Assembly: GCA_039794845.1 (NCBI GenBank)
Contig: JAUQVK010000115.1
Span: 32,001-96,000 of the forward strand
Length of the DNA: 64,000 bases
Origin: Thermostichus sp. DRC_bins_24
Lineage (GTDB): Bacteria; Cyanobacteriota; Cyanobacteriia; Thermostichales; Thermostichaceae
Reading direction: 5' to 3'
The position numbers and the translations under genes are program-made. Positions 1 to 11,337 of this stretch are shown here, one piece after another. Below the pieces are notes generated by a model. The model was not told where the DNA came from. It worked only from the letters and a program-made list of their open reading frames with translations, and ran no database searches. How positions within the stretch are numbered: the stretch's first letter is position 1; the number at the start of each line of letters is the position of its first letter.

Positions 1-2
1 CC

Positions 3-932
<930 letters not shown>

Positions 933-978
933 GGCTTAACTCAGCGACTCGAATCATTGGTCTAGTGAGTTGATTGGG

Positions 979-1011
979 ATCCCCTGGCTATGGCCGGGGG
1001 ATTTCTTTTTT
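979..1011 (+). terminator. Rho-independent terminator of psbA
   Basis: ATCCCCTGGC-tatg-GCCGGGGGAT stem followed by a T-rich tract. Confidence 0.85.
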
Positions 1012-1042
1012 CTGGTTTCTGGAGGTTTCTGGTTTCTGGAGG
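1009..1042. repeat. Perfect 17-bp tandem duplication
   Basis: TTTCTGGTTTCTGGAGG x2. Confidence 0.9.
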
Positions 1043-1164
1043 GCCCAGGAAACACAAGCCCTGCCCTCCTACCTTCTCAAGAACTTAAGGACTCCGTGCC
1101 GCTGGGCGCAACGCTGTAGGAGGTTGTAATGAAATGTCTTGGCATTCTAGGCATTTTGGGTATT

Positions 1165-2565
1165 TTAAGGTTCATTTGGAAAATTTGAGAAGAAGACCTT
1201 GGGAAGACCTCGGGTGCGGGAACTTGCTGCCTGTTGAACCGCCTGCACCAGTCCGGCCGGGCCACCCTCCACCTGCACCACCGGGACCCCCACTTGAGCC
1301 TGCAGATCTTGCCAGGTGAGATCATCCAAAAAGCGCTCCCCATCCTTGAGAGTCACTCGGGGCAGCAGCAGCACATCATAGGCGGCCAAATCTTCCACAG
1401 ACTCTAGGGCTCTCAAAATATCTTTCCCCGTCAGCAAGCCGGTAACCGTCAGGGTTTGTCCCCAAAACTGGCTGGCAATCGGCAGCAGGGTGAGCTGCAA
1501 ATTGGGGATGCGGTTCATGCGCTCGACAATCGGCTGAAAGGCTTGCCCCACCGCGTTGCCCACCAACCAAAGCCCCCGCAAAGGCACCTCCAGTCCAGCC
1601 GGCAAACTCACCTGCTCAAACTGACTCAAAAACCAGCGCAGCGACCCAACCCCGTTACCGATCTGTGGGTAATCTTCGTAGTGCTCAGCAGGGGGCAACT
1701 CCCAACCCGCCAACAGATACCACTCATCCGCCAACCAAGCAAAGGGGGAGCCCAGTTGCTCCCGAAATTGGGCCTGTAATGCCTCCACCTGCCGAATCAC
1801 CTCTTGGGCCTTGGCTGCATCCACAGGCACAATCTCATCTTCAGGGGGGCGAAAGCGGGTTAACCCCACGGGCACCACGGCTGCCGAAAGCACGGTGGGG
1901 ATCCCATCCTGAAGCTGGCGAAAAGCCGCCAAATCCAGGAGGGTACGGGTCAGGTGCTCTCCATCGTTCCAGCCGGGGCAAACCACCACTTGCGCGTGCA
2001 GTTGCAGGCGATGGTCTCGAAACCAGGCCAACTGTTCCAAAATTAGCCCCGCTCGTGGGTTTTTCAGCAGGCGGCGGCGCACCTCCGGCTCGGTGGCATG
2101 CACCGAGACATACAGAGGGGAGAGGCGCATACGGGCAATGCGATCCCATTCGGCGGCGGGCAGATTGGTGAGGGTGAGGTAGCTGCCGTAGAGAAAGCTG
2201 AGGCGATAGTCGTCATCCTTGAGGTGCAAGGTGGCTCGCATCTCGGGGGGTTGTTGATCGATGAAGCAAAAGGGGCAGGCATTGGCGCACTGGATCAGGC
2301 CGTCGAACAGGGCGGTCTCAAACTCCAGGCCCAGATCCTCGTCGATCCCCTTTTCCAGCTCAACTCGGTACGGGATCCCCTGGCGATCCAGAATCTCTAG
2401 GTCCAACACCTCCTCGGCGATCAAAAAGCGGTAGTCGATCAAATCGCGGGGGCGCTCTCCGTTGATGCTGACCAGGGCATCTCCAGGCTCAATGCCCATC
2501 TCTGCCGCCAGGGATCCGGGCAAAACAGCGCTGATGCGAGCAGGTTGTAGGCTGGCACGAGACAT
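1165..2565 (-). CDS. PDZ/DUF512 radical SAM-like Fe-S protein (TIGR03279-type)
   Basis: N-terminal PDZ-like region, CANACPFCFIDQQP, KDDDYRLSFLYGSYLTLTN. Confidence 0.88.
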   Translation of the reverse strand: MSRASLQPARISAVLPGSLAAEMGIEPGDALVSINGERPRDLIDYRFLIAEEVLDLEILDRQGIPYRVELEKGIDEDLGLEFETALFDGLIQCANACPFCFIDQQPPEMRATLHLKDDDYRLSFLYGSYLTLTNLPAAEWDRIARMRLSPLYVSVHATEPEVRRRLLKNPRAGLILEQLAWFRDHRLQLHAQVVVCPGWNDGEHLTRTLLDLAAFRQLQDGIPTVLSAAVVPVGLTRFRPPEDEIVPVDAAKAQEVIRQVEALQAQFREQLGSPFAWLADEWYLLAGWELPPAEHYEDYPQIGNGVGSLRWFLSQFEQVSLPAGLEVPLRGLWLVGNAVGQAFQPIVERMNRIPNLQLTLLPIASQFWGQTLTVTGLLTGKDILRALESVEDLAAYDVLLLPRVTLKDGERFLDDLTWQDLQAQVGVPVVQVEGGPAGLVQAVQQAASSRTRGLPKVFFSNFPNEP

Positions 2566-2622
2566 GGTTAGGGGGAAGGCTATTGGGCTGGGTCTAAGGG
2601 CAAGGCAGAACAGGAAAAAGCT

Positions 2623-2910
2623 TTACCCGAGGCAGCGAAGAAGAGCCGCCTCCAGTTCTGGCCGGCTCAGTTCCGTAACCACAAACACCTCCTGCACACT
2701 GTTTCCTTTGCGGGCCACCAGCTTATATCCACCCCGGATCGGCACCGAAACGCGCAACTGCAATTGCGGGATCCGCCCCCGACTGCGAGACAAAGCGCCC
2801 GGAGTAACGGTTTTAATGCCCGCTTGCTGGATGAGGCGCTCCAACACCGGGATCAAGCCGGAAATGTGGGTGGAATGATTCCAAACGAGGCGACCGCAGG
2901 GCTCAGACAT
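2623..2910 (-). CDS. DUF2103 family protein
   Basis: GRLVWNHSTHISGLIPVLERL...QEVFVVT pattern of this cyanobacterial family. Confidence 0.75.
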   Translation of the reverse strand: MSEPCGRLVWNHSTHISGLIPVLERLIQQAGIKTVTPGALSRSRGRIPQLQLRVSVPIRGGYKLVARKGNSVQEVFVVTELSRPELEAALLRCLG

Positions 2911-2966
2911 AATGGCAAGGGGAGGAGGAGTGGGATCTCTATGCTATTCCCCTGAAAAGCCTGTTC

Positions 2967-4715
2967 ATGCTCAAAATCCGGCCCCTCACCCCCGAACAGA
3001 TTGCCCAAATGGCAGCCGGCGAGGTGATCGACTCTCTGGGGGCGGCCCTGCGGGAATTGCTGGACAATGCCCTCGATGCCCAGGCCACCCGCATTCAGGT
3101 GGAGCTTTGGCCCCAGCGCTGGCGAATTCGGGTGGGGGATAACGGCGAAGGGATCCCGGCCTCGGAGCTGGAACAGGTGGCGCGACGACACACCAGCAGC
3201 AAATGGAACCGCTCCGGCCTTGGGTTCCGAGGGGAAGCGCTGCACAGCCTGGCCCGGCTGGGATCCCTGACCATCCAAACCCGTCACAGCGCCGATCCCC
3301 ATGGGTGGCAGGCCACCTACAACCGCGAGGGGGAATTGATCCACCGGCAACCGGCGGCCACGGCCCTGGGTACCGTCGTCACGGTTGCCGATCTCTTTGG
3401 GGAGTGGCCCTTGCGTCGTCAGGAGTTGCCCCAAACCCGCCCGCTCCTGACCTTGCTGCAAAATGCCGCTTTGGCCCATCCCTCGGTCAGTTGGCAGGTT
3501 CACCGGGATGAGCGATTGCTTCTCAGCCTTTGGCCAGGCAAGTCGTTACAAGATATCCTTTTGCAACTGTTGCCCCACCTGGATCCCTCCGATCTGCGCC
3601 ACCGACGCATTTGCCAGCAGGAGGCGGACTGGGAAATTCTGCTGGGTTTGCCGGATCGGGTGCATTATCCGCGTCCAGACTGGGTGCGCTTGGCGGTGAA
3701 TGGGCGTTTTGTGCAGATCCCCGAGCTGCAGCGGGTGATCCCGTCGGTTTTTCACCACACCTTGCCCCGCCAGCGACATCCTCTGGTGGTCGTCCACCTG
3801 CGCTTGCCCCCTGAGCAAGTCGATTGGAACCGGCACCCCGCCAAAAGTGAACTCTACCTGCAGGAACTGACCACCCGACAGGCACAACTGCGCCAACACC
3901 TACAGGCCCTACTCCAAGAGGGATCCGGCCAGGCCAGCCGCCGCTCTGTGCAACTGATCCGGGCCAGTGAGGCCAAACAGGCCTACCAGAGCTCACCCAG
4001 TTCAACCCAGAACCCTGCCGCCCAGCCAGCCTCAACGGGATCCCTGCCTCCCCTCAGAGCTCTGGCCCAACTGCACCGGATCTATATCCTGGCGGAGCAT
4101 CCCCAGGGGCTGTGGTTGGTGGAGCAACACCTGGCCCACGAACGCGTTCGCTACGAGCATCTGCAACAGCACTGGCAACTGGTGGAGCCGGATCCCCCTT
4201 TGGCCCTGGAGGGGCTGTCTCCCCAGGCTCTGCACCAACTCGAGCAGTTGGGCTTGGGGCCAGAACCCTTTGGCCCCCATACCCATTTGTTGCGGCGCAT
4301 CCCGCTGGCGTTGCTTCAGGAGGATCCTCAGGAAATTCAGGGATCCCTCCTTGAGCTCAGCCGCTGCGAAGATTTGCAGGCCGCCCAAGTGGCGGTAGCC
4401 TGTCGGGGGGCTTTACGCAATGGGGTAGCCCTGACACTGCAGCAGATGCAACAGTTGCTGGAAGCTTGGCAACGCACCACCCATCCGCATACCTGTCCCC
4501 ATGGCCGCCCAGTGTATCTGGTGCTGGCGGAAAACGATCTGGCCCGTTACTTTCGCCGTCGCTGGGGTATCTGTGACCGGCCCGGATCAAATCGTGGGGT
4601 GGGATCCCTGTTGGAACTGGATGCCCTCGGGGATGGGTTTGCCGCGCACGTCCGCCAGACAACGGACGCTTCTGCGCTTGGGCCAAAGGACGGGGCCAGG
4701 CCATCCCCACTATAA
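2967..4715 (+). CDS. mutL: DNA mismatch repair endonuclease MutL
   Basis: AAGEVI, ELLDNALDA, GFRGEAL, EQHLAHERV, CPHGRP. Confidence 0.97.
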   Translation: MLKIRPLTPEQIAQMAAGEVIDSLGAALRELLDNALDAQATRIQVELWPQRWRIRVGDNGEGIPASELEQVARRHTSSKWNRSGLGFRGEALHSLARLGSLTIQTRHSADPHGWQATYNREGELIHRQPAATALGTVVTVADLFGEWPLRRQELPQTRPLLTLLQNAALAHPSVSWQVHRDERLLLSLWPGKSLQDILLQLLPHLDPSDLRHRRICQQEADWEILLGLPDRVHYPRPDWVRLAVNGRFVQIPELQRVIPSVFHHTLPRQRHPLVVVHLRLPPEQVDWNRHPAKSELYLQELTTRQAQLRQHLQALLQEGSGQASRRSVQLIRASEAKQAYQSSPSSTQNPAAQPASTGSLPPLRALAQLHRIYILAEHPQGLWLVEQHLAHERVRYEHLQQHWQLVEPDPPLALEGLSPQALHQLEQLGLGPEPFGPHTHLLRRIPLALLQEDPQEIQGSLLELSRCEDLQAAQVAVACRGALRNGVALTLQQMQQLLEAWQRTTHPHTCPHGRPVYLVLAENDLARYFRRRWGICDRPGSNRGVGSLLELDALGDGFAAHVRQTTDASALGPKDGARPSPL

Positions 4716-4752
4716 TCGGGGGTGTTGAACTGCTGTGACTGTTCAGAATCCA

Positions 4753-5607
4753 ATGGCCTATTATCTCAAAACTGAGGAAGAGTCCTGGCTGCACCGCCAT
4801 TCACGCACAATCTTGGCGGTTTTGGCCGGCTTGGGATCCCTGTTGACGGCTTATCTCACCTACAGCAAGCTAACAGAGCAATCGGCTGCCTTCTGTACTG
4901 GGGATGGGGGCTGTGATCTGGTGCTCTCCAGCCGTTGGGCCACGTTTCTGGGGATCCCGACGGCGGCTGTCGGCTTGTTGGGGTTCTTGGGGGTTTTGGT
5001 GTTGGCGTTGGTGCCGGATGAACTCCCCTGGGTAAAGCAGTGGCGCTGGCCGGCCCTGTTTGGCTTGGTTTCTGCCATGACGGCCTTTGAGATGTACATG
5101 CTCTATCTAATGGTGGGGGTGCTACGGCAGTTTTGTATGTACTGTACAGCGGCAATTGTTTTGGTGGCGGGGCTGTGGCTGGTGACGGTATTGGGCCACC
5201 GCTGGTTGGACTGGGGCAAGATGAGCTTCGGCTACATCCTTGTGAGTGTGCTGACCCTGATCACCACCATCGGGGTGTATGCCAACCAAGTTCCTCCGCC
5301 CAGCCCCTTTGCCTTGGGGTTGGCAGCCCACCTGCGGGAGACCGGCGGCACCATGTACGGCGCTTACTGGTGTCCCCATTGCCAAGACCAAAAGGATTTG
5401 TTCGGGGCAGCTTTTGCGGAAGTACCCTACGTGGAGTGTTCTCCCAACGGCCCTAGTGCTCCCCAAGCGCAGGAGTGCAATGAAGCTGGGATCACCAGCT
5501 ACCCCACTTGGGTGATCAACGGCCGCACCTACACCGGTGTGCGCTCTCTGGAGGCGCTGGCAGTGGCCTCAGGCTTTCAGTTTGATCCGGAGGAAGTCCG
5601 CGAATGA
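4753..5607 (+). CDS. Vitamin K epoxide reductase-thioredoxin fusion (disulfide bond formation)
   Basis: Loop cysteines CTGDGGC, CMYC active site, C-terminal WCPHC Trx-like domain; ATG at 4753 chosen. Confidence 0.93.
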   Translation: MAYYLKTEEESWLHRHSRTILAVLAGLGSLLTAYLTYSKLTEQSAAFCTGDGGCDLVLSSRWATFLGIPTAAVGLLGFLGVLVLALVPDELPWVKQWRWPALFGLVSAMTAFEMYMLYLMVGVLRQFCMYCTAAIVLVAGLWLVTVLGHRWLDWGKMSFGYILVSVLTLITTIGVYANQVPPPSPFALGLAAHLRETGGTMYGAYWCPHCQDQKDLFGAAFAEVPYVECSPNGPSAPQAQECNEAGITSYPTWVINGRTYTGVRSLEALAVASGFQFDPEEVRE

Positions 5608-5622
5608 TTTGGGAGTTGGCTT

Positions 5623-6696
5623 CTACTTGACTTCCGAAAGAGGAGTAAGGATGTGTACCCGGTTGCGGCCTGCCTGTTTGGCCTGGTACAAAGCTTCATC
5701 CGCCTGTTGCAAGGCCGCCTCGGGTTCTAGAGGGTGATCCTCAGTAACCACGACCCCGCCAATGGAGAGGGTTATCGATAAGCTGCGCTTGGGGGAAACG
5801 GCGATGGGATGGTTGGCAATCACCCGGCGCAAAAGCTCCGCATAACGGTAGCTACGGGAGGGGTTGAGCCCCGGCGTAATGCAAACAAACTCTTCCCCGC
5901 CATAGCGGTAGAGCAGACTGGAGGGGCGCAGCTGATTTTGGAGTCGCCCGGCAATTGCCTGCAACACACAGTCGCCGATGTAATGGCCGTGGTTGTCGTT
6001 CACCTGCTTAAAGTGATCCACATCCATCATCAACAGGCAGAGATAGCGGTAACGGGCTTCCCCAAACCGCGGCCCCACCTGTTTGAGCAAATGGGGCAGC
6101 GCCTGATCGAGGGCCCGGCGGTTCAACATTCCCGTCAGGGGATCCGTCAGAGACAGGGACTCCAGCAGCTCGTTGCGGGCTTGCAGTTGCCGATTGGCCT
6201 GGGCTAGGGCTTGGGTGAGCCGCTGCAGGCGCAGCCCCGCCCGTACCCGGGCTTGCAGCTCGTCTGGGTTAACCGGCTTGGCGATAAATTCATCCGCCCC
6301 CGCATCCAATCCCCGCACCCGATCCTCAATTTCAGAACGGGCCGTGAGCAAAATGAAGTAAACAAACTGGCCGTTGGCGGATCCCTTGAGGCGGCGGCAG
6401 AGATCCACCCCCGACAGATCCGGCATGATCCAATCGCAGATGATCACATTCGGCAGTTGCCCCTCTTCCAGGCTTTGCATGTACTCCAGGGCGGATTGGC
6501 CATCATTGCGGGTTTCAACTTGGTAGTCAGCTCCGCGCAGCACCTCGCCAATGTAGTTCCGGGTGGCCGCATCGTCATCCACCACCAAAATGCGGGGGGC
6601 CTGGGTGAAGACACAGCCCAAAGGGTTGCCGTCTAAGGGATCCTTCCCCTCAGGAACTTGGAGCGGAGGACGTTGATTGGCGTCAGTCGGTTGCAT
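5623..6696 (-). CDS. REC-GGDEF diguanylate cyclase response regulator
   Basis: ILVVDDD...CDWIMP receiver; DPLTG, DVDHFK, RYGGEEF. Confidence 0.93.
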   Translation of the reverse strand: MQPTDANQRPPLQVPEGKDPLDGNPLGCVFTQAPRILVVDDDAATRNYIGEVLRGADYQVETRNDGQSALEYMQSLEEGQLPNVIICDWIMPDLSGVDLCRRLKGSANGQFVYFILLTARSEIEDRVRGLDAGADEFIAKPVNPDELQARVRAGLRLQRLTQALAQANRQLQARNELLESLSLTDPLTGMLNRRALDQALPHLLKQVGPRFGEARYRYLCLLMMDVDHFKQVNDNHGHYIGDCVLQAIAGRLQNQLRPSSLLYRYGGEEFVCITPGLNPSRSYRYAELLRRVIANHPIAVSPKRSLSITLSIGGVVVTEDHPLEPEAALQQADEALYQAKQAGRNRVHILTPLSEVK

Positions 6697-6729
6697 GAGA
6701 GGGGAAGACAGACAAGGGTAAGCTCAGCC

Positions 6730-7635
6730 TCAACTGGAACTGGGGGTGGCTAGATAGGCATGATCGGAAACCCGCTCGCGAAGCCCCAGGTGCACTGCTT
6801 CCACAAATTCACGCACCCGAATCGGGTCAATAAGCGGAAAGGGTTCTGTGCGCGTCAGCGGGACGGAGTCTTTGTAGCCCGACGGAATGCCCGCGGAGCG
6901 GGAAGACCGCTTCAGGGAGCTGGCCACAATCACCCCATCCGCTTGCCGAATGAGACTGCCAATATTTTCGGCAGTGGCCCCCGAGCCAATCAAGAGGGGC
7001 ACCTGAGGGGCAACAGTACGGGCCAACTCCAGTTCCTCGAAAATGGGCGGGTGGCCCGTGGCCCAACCGGAGAGGATGATCCCATCGGCCAAGCCACGCT
7101 CAACGGTATCGGCAATGGCAGCGGCGAGGCCCACGGAACCCAGGGGTTGGGCATGTTTCACCAGCACATCCGCAAAGATTTTGATATCGGCCCCCAGCTC
7201 ACGGCGGTAGCGCATTAGGCGGTGGGCATCCCCCTCAATGATGCCTTGGTCGGTGGCCATTACCCCCGACAAGACATTGACACGGATAAACTGGGCCCCC
7301 ACACAAGCGGCAATGGCCAAAGCACTGTGGCCGTCGTTGCGCAGTACATTAATTCCAAGGGGCAGCGAGACCAGCATTTTCAGCCGCTGCACCACCACCG
7401 TCATGGCACTGACCACAGCGGCATCCACTTGATCCTTGGCAAAGGGGGCATCGTAAAAGTTCTCGACAATGATCCCGTCCACCCCCCCCGCTGCTAGGGC
7501 TGTCGCCGCCTGCTCTGCCTGGGCGATCACCCATTCCAAATCGCCTCCCCAACGGGGGGATGTTGGTAGCGGCAACAGATGAACCACCCCGATGACTGGA
7601 TGGGCGGTTTTGAAAAGGTGTTGCAGCAAGTTCAC
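6730..7635 (-). CDS. btpA: Photosystem I biogenesis protein BtpA
   Basis: IGVVHLLPLPTSPRWGG, ENFYDAPF, GINVLRND, ADVLVKHA; GTG start inferred. Confidence 0.92.
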   Translation of the reverse strand: MNLLQHLFKTAHPVIGVVHLLPLPTSPRWGGDLEWVIAQAEQAATALAAGGVDGIIVENFYDAPFAKDQVDAAVVSAMTVVVQRLKMLVSLPLGINVLRNDGHSALAIAACVGAQFIRVNVLSGVMATDQGIIEGDAHRLMRYRRELGADIKIFADVLVKHAQPLGSVGLAAAIADTVERGLADGIILSGWATGHPPIFEELELARTVAPQVPLLIGSGATAENIGSLIRQADGVIVASSLKRSSRSAGIPSGYKDSVPLTRTEPFPLIDPIRVREFVEAVHLGLRERVSDHAYLATPSSS

Positions 7636-7738
7636 CGGCAGGTTCTCACAGGAATTCCCCACGATCTTACGCCCGGATCTTCCCCAAGTCGGCATTCTTT
7701 AAGGGGAAGTGTAACCTACGGCCGGTTAAGGAATGGAT

Positions 7739-8830
7739 TTAGGGGTCTGCAGGAGTGCTCATGGGGGTGTTTCGGTGGGTCGAGATGCCCCGCAAGAGTC
7801 GCCTAACCAGGCCTGGCCCTTCGTAAACCCAGCCGGTGTACACCTGCAGCAAACTGGCACCGGCCTGCCATTTTTCCAGGGCATCGGCCACGGTGAAAAT
7901 GCCCCCCACCCCGATGATCGGCAGTTGGCCCTGGGTGGCTGTGTGAATGTAGCGAATCACCTCGGTGGAGCGCTCTCGCAGAGGGGCACCGCTGATCCCT
8001 CCCGCTTCTTTTGCGATCGGGATCCCACTGCCGGGCAGGAAACGGGTTTTCAGATTGTCCCGCCTTAGGGTGGTGTTGGTGGCAACAATCCCGGCCAGTT
8101 GGTGGGTTCGGGCCAATGCCAGGATCCCGTCGAGTTCCGGCCAATCCAGATCGGGGGCAATTTTAACCAGGAGGGGTTTTTGGCCCTGATTCTCCTGCTG
8201 CAGTGCAGACAGGATCGGCTCCAGTTGCTCCGTGGCCTGCAGGGATCGCAAACCCGGCGTGTTGGGGGAGCTGACATTAACGACAAAATAATCCCCCAGC
8301 TCCTTGAGAAGCCGGAAGCTGGCCAGATAGTCTGTGGCAGCCTCGTTGAGCGGTGTGACCTTCGACTTGCCCAGGTTGACCCCGATCGGGATCCGGCGTT
8401 GGGGAAGATGACGCAATCGCTCCGCCAAGGCTGCTGCCCCCCGATTGTTAAAGCCCATGCGGTTCAGGGCAGCCCGATCCAGGGGCAATTGAAACAAACG
8501 CGGTTTCGGGTTGCCGGGCTGAGCCTGGGCGGTGACAGTACCCACTTCCACAAAGCCAAACCCCAAGCTGGGCCAGACGGCTAACCCAAGGCCATCTTTG
8601 TCAAAACCGGCTGCCAACCCAATCGGATTGGGAAAGGTAAGCCCCCACAGCTTGACCTCTAGGAGGGGATCCCGGTAGCAAAAAAGGCGCTCCAGCCCAG
8701 CCAGGATCCCGGTGGCATCGGTGGCCCCGATCCAGTGCAAGGCTTGCAATAGCCTGACCTTAACGGTTTCGGGATCCGCCCGCAAACCAGAAAACAGCAG
8801 CGGGCGCAGCCCATCCCGATAGAGATTCAC
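7739..8830 (-). CDS. pyrD: Quinone-dependent dihydroorotate dehydrogenase
   Basis: [38 protein letters not shown] start inferred. Confidence 0.96.
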   Translation of the reverse strand: MNLYRDGLRPLLFSGLRADPETVKVRLLQALHWIGATDATGILAGLERLFCYRDPLLEVKLWGLTFPNPIGLAAGFDKDGLGLAVWPSLGFGFVEVGTVTAQAQPGNPKPRLFQLPLDRAALNRMGFNNRGAAALAERLRHLPQRRIPIGVNLGKSKVTPLNEAATDYLASFRLLKELGDYFVVNVSSPNTPGLRSLQATEQLEPILSALQQENQGQKPLLVKIAPDLDWPELDGILALARTHQLAGIVATNTTLRRDNLKTRFLPGSGIPIAKEAGGISGAPLRERSTEVIRYIHTATQGQLPIIGVGGIFTVADALEKWQAGASLLQVYTGWVYEGPGLVRRLLRGISTHRNTPMSTPADP

Positions 8831-8902
8831 GGTGAGAGATCCCCCTATAGCCCTGCCATCAAACCCTATCCGGGATCCGATCCTCAACCCCCTTTTCCCG
8901 AC

Positions 8903-8936
8903 AAAAAAGCCTGCACAGAGAGTCTCCTGGCAGGCT
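8903..8936 (-). terminator. Terminator downstream of the ABC substrate-binding gene
   Basis: Minus strand AGCCTGC...GCAGGCT stem followed by TTTTT. Confidence 0.7.
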
Positions 8937-9014
8937 CATTCTTCTGGCACATTTTTCTAACCAGGGTGCTCAATGCTAAGGGATCCTATCTCGTCTGTGA
9001 GGACCAGAGGATGA

Positions 9015-10256
9015 TCAGCTTTCCGGCTCAAACACCTCCAAATCCACCACCGTGCCCCCTTGGAAAGTCCAGCGGGCAAAGGTACCAGCCACATCGCCGT
9101 TCTCGTCGAAGTTGATCGAGCCAGAAGCGCCGGTATAGAAGATGTCTTCCCCTTTGGCGATCAAATCCACGGCCTTTTCCCATTCCCCGGGGCGAATCTC
9201 GGTGCCAGGGGGGTTGGCCACCTCCCGCAGGGCATCGCGAATGGCCACCCCGTCGGTGCTACCGGCTTTTTGGATGGCTAAGGCCAATACAAAAGCGGCA
9301 TCGTAGGAGGTGTCGATGTAGGGGGTAGGAGGCAGTTCGCCGAAGGCCTCCTCATAGGACCGGGCAAAGAATTGGTAGGTATCGCTGTCGGTGAGGGCCT
9401 GGGGAGAAACGCCGATGGATCCCTCCAACAGATCCGCCCCCACTTGAGCTGCCACATCGGGGGAACGCATCCCGTCGGTGAAGACGAACCGGTCAAACAG
9501 CCCTTCTTCCAAAGCCTGCCGCAGGATGACCACACCGTTTTCGGGGTAACCAATCAACACCAGCGCCTCGGGATCCCCGTCGGTCAGTTGCGAGAGTTCG
9601 CCGCGATAGGAGGCTTGGCCGGGTTCGTAAGGCACTGCATTGGTGATGGTGCCACCGCGGGCTTCAAACGCCGCGGTAAAGCTGTCGGAAAGCCCCTGGC
9701 CGTAGTCGTTGTTGATGTAGATGATCGCCAGCCGCTCCAGATTCTCCTGCCGAGTCACCTGGGCCAAGGCCACCCCTTGGTACGCATCGGAAGGGACGGT
9801 GCGGAACAGGAAATCATCGTCATCAAGGGTGCTGATGGCAGGAGCCGTGGACGCCGGAGAAATTTGCGGGATCCGATTGGGAGCCGAGACAGTGGTAGCC
9901 ACCGGGATCGTATTGCCACTTCCCAAAGCACCGATGATCCCGGCCACTCGCTCGACGCTCACCAGGCGTTGGGCCCCATCAATGGCCGGCTGAGCGGCAG
10001 TTTGATCGTCTGCCACCACCAGTTCTGCAGGAGCCCCCAGGATCCCTCCAGCAGCATTGATCTGCTCGATGGCCAGCTTCACCCCATTCAGACAATTTTG
10101 ACCAAAGACCTGCAGGTCACCGGTCAAGGGCATCAAGGCCCCGATCCTGACCGCTTGTTGGGCGGCACCGGGAAACAGGGTGGTGGTGAGGGCAGCAGCA
10201 GTCAAGACGGCGGCAGCAGTGAAGGTACGCCGAGTTAGTTTGTTCATGCGAGACAT
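9015..10256 (-). CDS. Branched-chain/neutral amino acid ABC substrate-binding protein (LivJ/NatB-like), Tat-type signal
   Basis: RIGALMPLTG, FRTVPSD, YTGASGSINFD; TRRTF signal; AGGAGG RBS before ATG 10256. Confidence 0.88.
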   Translation of the reverse strand: MSRMNKLTRRTFTAAAVLTAAALTTTLFPGAAQQAVRIGALMPLTGDLQVFGQNCLNGVKLAIEQINAAGGILGAPAELVVADDQTAAQPAIDGAQRLVSVERVAGIIGALGSGNTIPVATTVSAPNRIPQISPASTAPAISTLDDDDFLFRTVPSDAYQGVALAQVTRQENLERLAIIYINNDYGQGLSDSFTAAFEARGGTITNAVPYEPGQASYRGELSQLTDGDPEALVLIGYPENGVVILRQALEEGLFDRFVFTDGMRSPDVAAQVGADLLEGSIGVSPQALTDSDTYQFFARSYEEAFGELPPTPYIDTSYDAAFVLALAIQKAGSTDGVAIRDALREVANPPGTEIRPGEWEKAVDLIAKGEDIFYTGASGSINFDENGDVAGTFARWTFQGGTVVDLEVFEPES

Positions 10257-10512
10257 AACAGACAACCTCCTGTGAGGGAAGAAAACAAAATAGGGATCCC
10301 TAAAGCCGAGTGTCAATTGTATAGGCCAGACGCTTGCTCACCTCAACGCGTTCCCCACTCCCTCAACAAAAATGGATGTGCCGGATCCCGATAACCTTTG
10401 TAAAGTCAGCTGCGAAACCCAAGGCAGTTGCTCCTACAGGGATCCGGGAAGGATAATAAGCGAACTCGGCAATTGCATTCATTATGCAGTGTGTTCTTCT
10501 CAGGGCAGTAGC

Positions 10513-11337
10513 GTGATTGTTATCGATGATATCTCCAAACAGTTCGGCGGCATTAACGCGGTGGATCGCTGCTCCTTCCGAATTGAAACCGGTCAGGTGA
10601 CCGGCTTGATTGGCCCCAATGGAGCCGGAAAAACCACCCTTTTCAACATCATTGCCGGGTTTATTCGCCCAAGCGCCGGGCGGATCTGGTTGGATGGGGA
10701 AGATATTACGGGGTTGCCTCCGCATCGCCTGTTCCATCGCGGCTTGGTACGCACCTTTCAGATCCCGCGTGAGTTCGGCCGCATGACGGTCCTGGAAAAT
10801 CTGATGGTGGTGCCCCCGGAGCAGGCCGGTGAGAACCTGTTCACCACCTGGTTTGGTTGGCACCGGGTGAGGCGACAGGAACAGGATCTACAAGCCCGGG
10901 CCGAGGAGGTATTGGAACGCCTGAAGCTGACTCATGTGCGGGATCAACTGGCGGGTACCCTCTCCGGTGGGCAGAAAAAGCTGCTGGAACTGGGGCGGAC
11001 GCTGATGACGGATGCGCGGGTGATTTTACTGGACGAGCCAGGCGCTGGGGTGAATCGCACCCTGCTCGGGGATTTGATGAGCTTCATCGAGTATTTGAAT
11101 CGGGAGCGCGGCTGTACTTTCTGCATCATTGAGCATGATCTGGATCTGGTGACCCGCCTCTGTAACCATGTGGTGGTGATGGCCGCCGGACAGGTGCTCA
11201 TGCAGGGATCCATGCAGGAAATCAAACAAAACCCGGAGGTGCGGGAGGCCTATCTGGGATCCATGACCATTGCCGACCGATCTGGCCAGCCCCAACCCTC
11301 CACCTCCGCTGTGTCTCCAGAGGGATCCCCGTCATGA
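10513..11337 (+). CDS. Amino acid ABC ATP-binding protein (LivG/NatA-like)
   Basis: GPNGAGKTT, LSGGQKK, LLDEP, EVREAYLG; GTG start inferred. Confidence 0.92.
   Translation: MIVIDDISKQFGGINAVDRCSFRIETGQVTGLIGPNGAGKTTLFNIIAGFIRPSAGRIWLDGEDITGLPPHRLFHRGLVRTFQIPREFGRMTVLENLMVVPPEQAGENLFTTWFGWHRVRRQEQDLQARAEEVLERLKLTHVRDQLAGTLSGGQKKLLELGRTLMTDARVILLDEPGAGVNRTLLGDLMSFIEYLNRERGCTFCIIEHDLDLVTRLCNHVVVMAAGQVLMQGSMQEIKQNPEVREAYLGSMTIADRSGQPQPSTSAVSPEGSPS

Noticed and set aside
1063..1123. CCTCCTAC...GTAGGAGG inverted repeat as another IS end remnant
   Set aside because: No GTCAC/TCAA terminus and no clear similarity to the other elements.
10400..10437. Two GTA-N8-TGC near-NtcA boxes between the divergent amino acid ABC genes
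   Set aside because: Both are imperfect and I found no correctly spaced -10 box.
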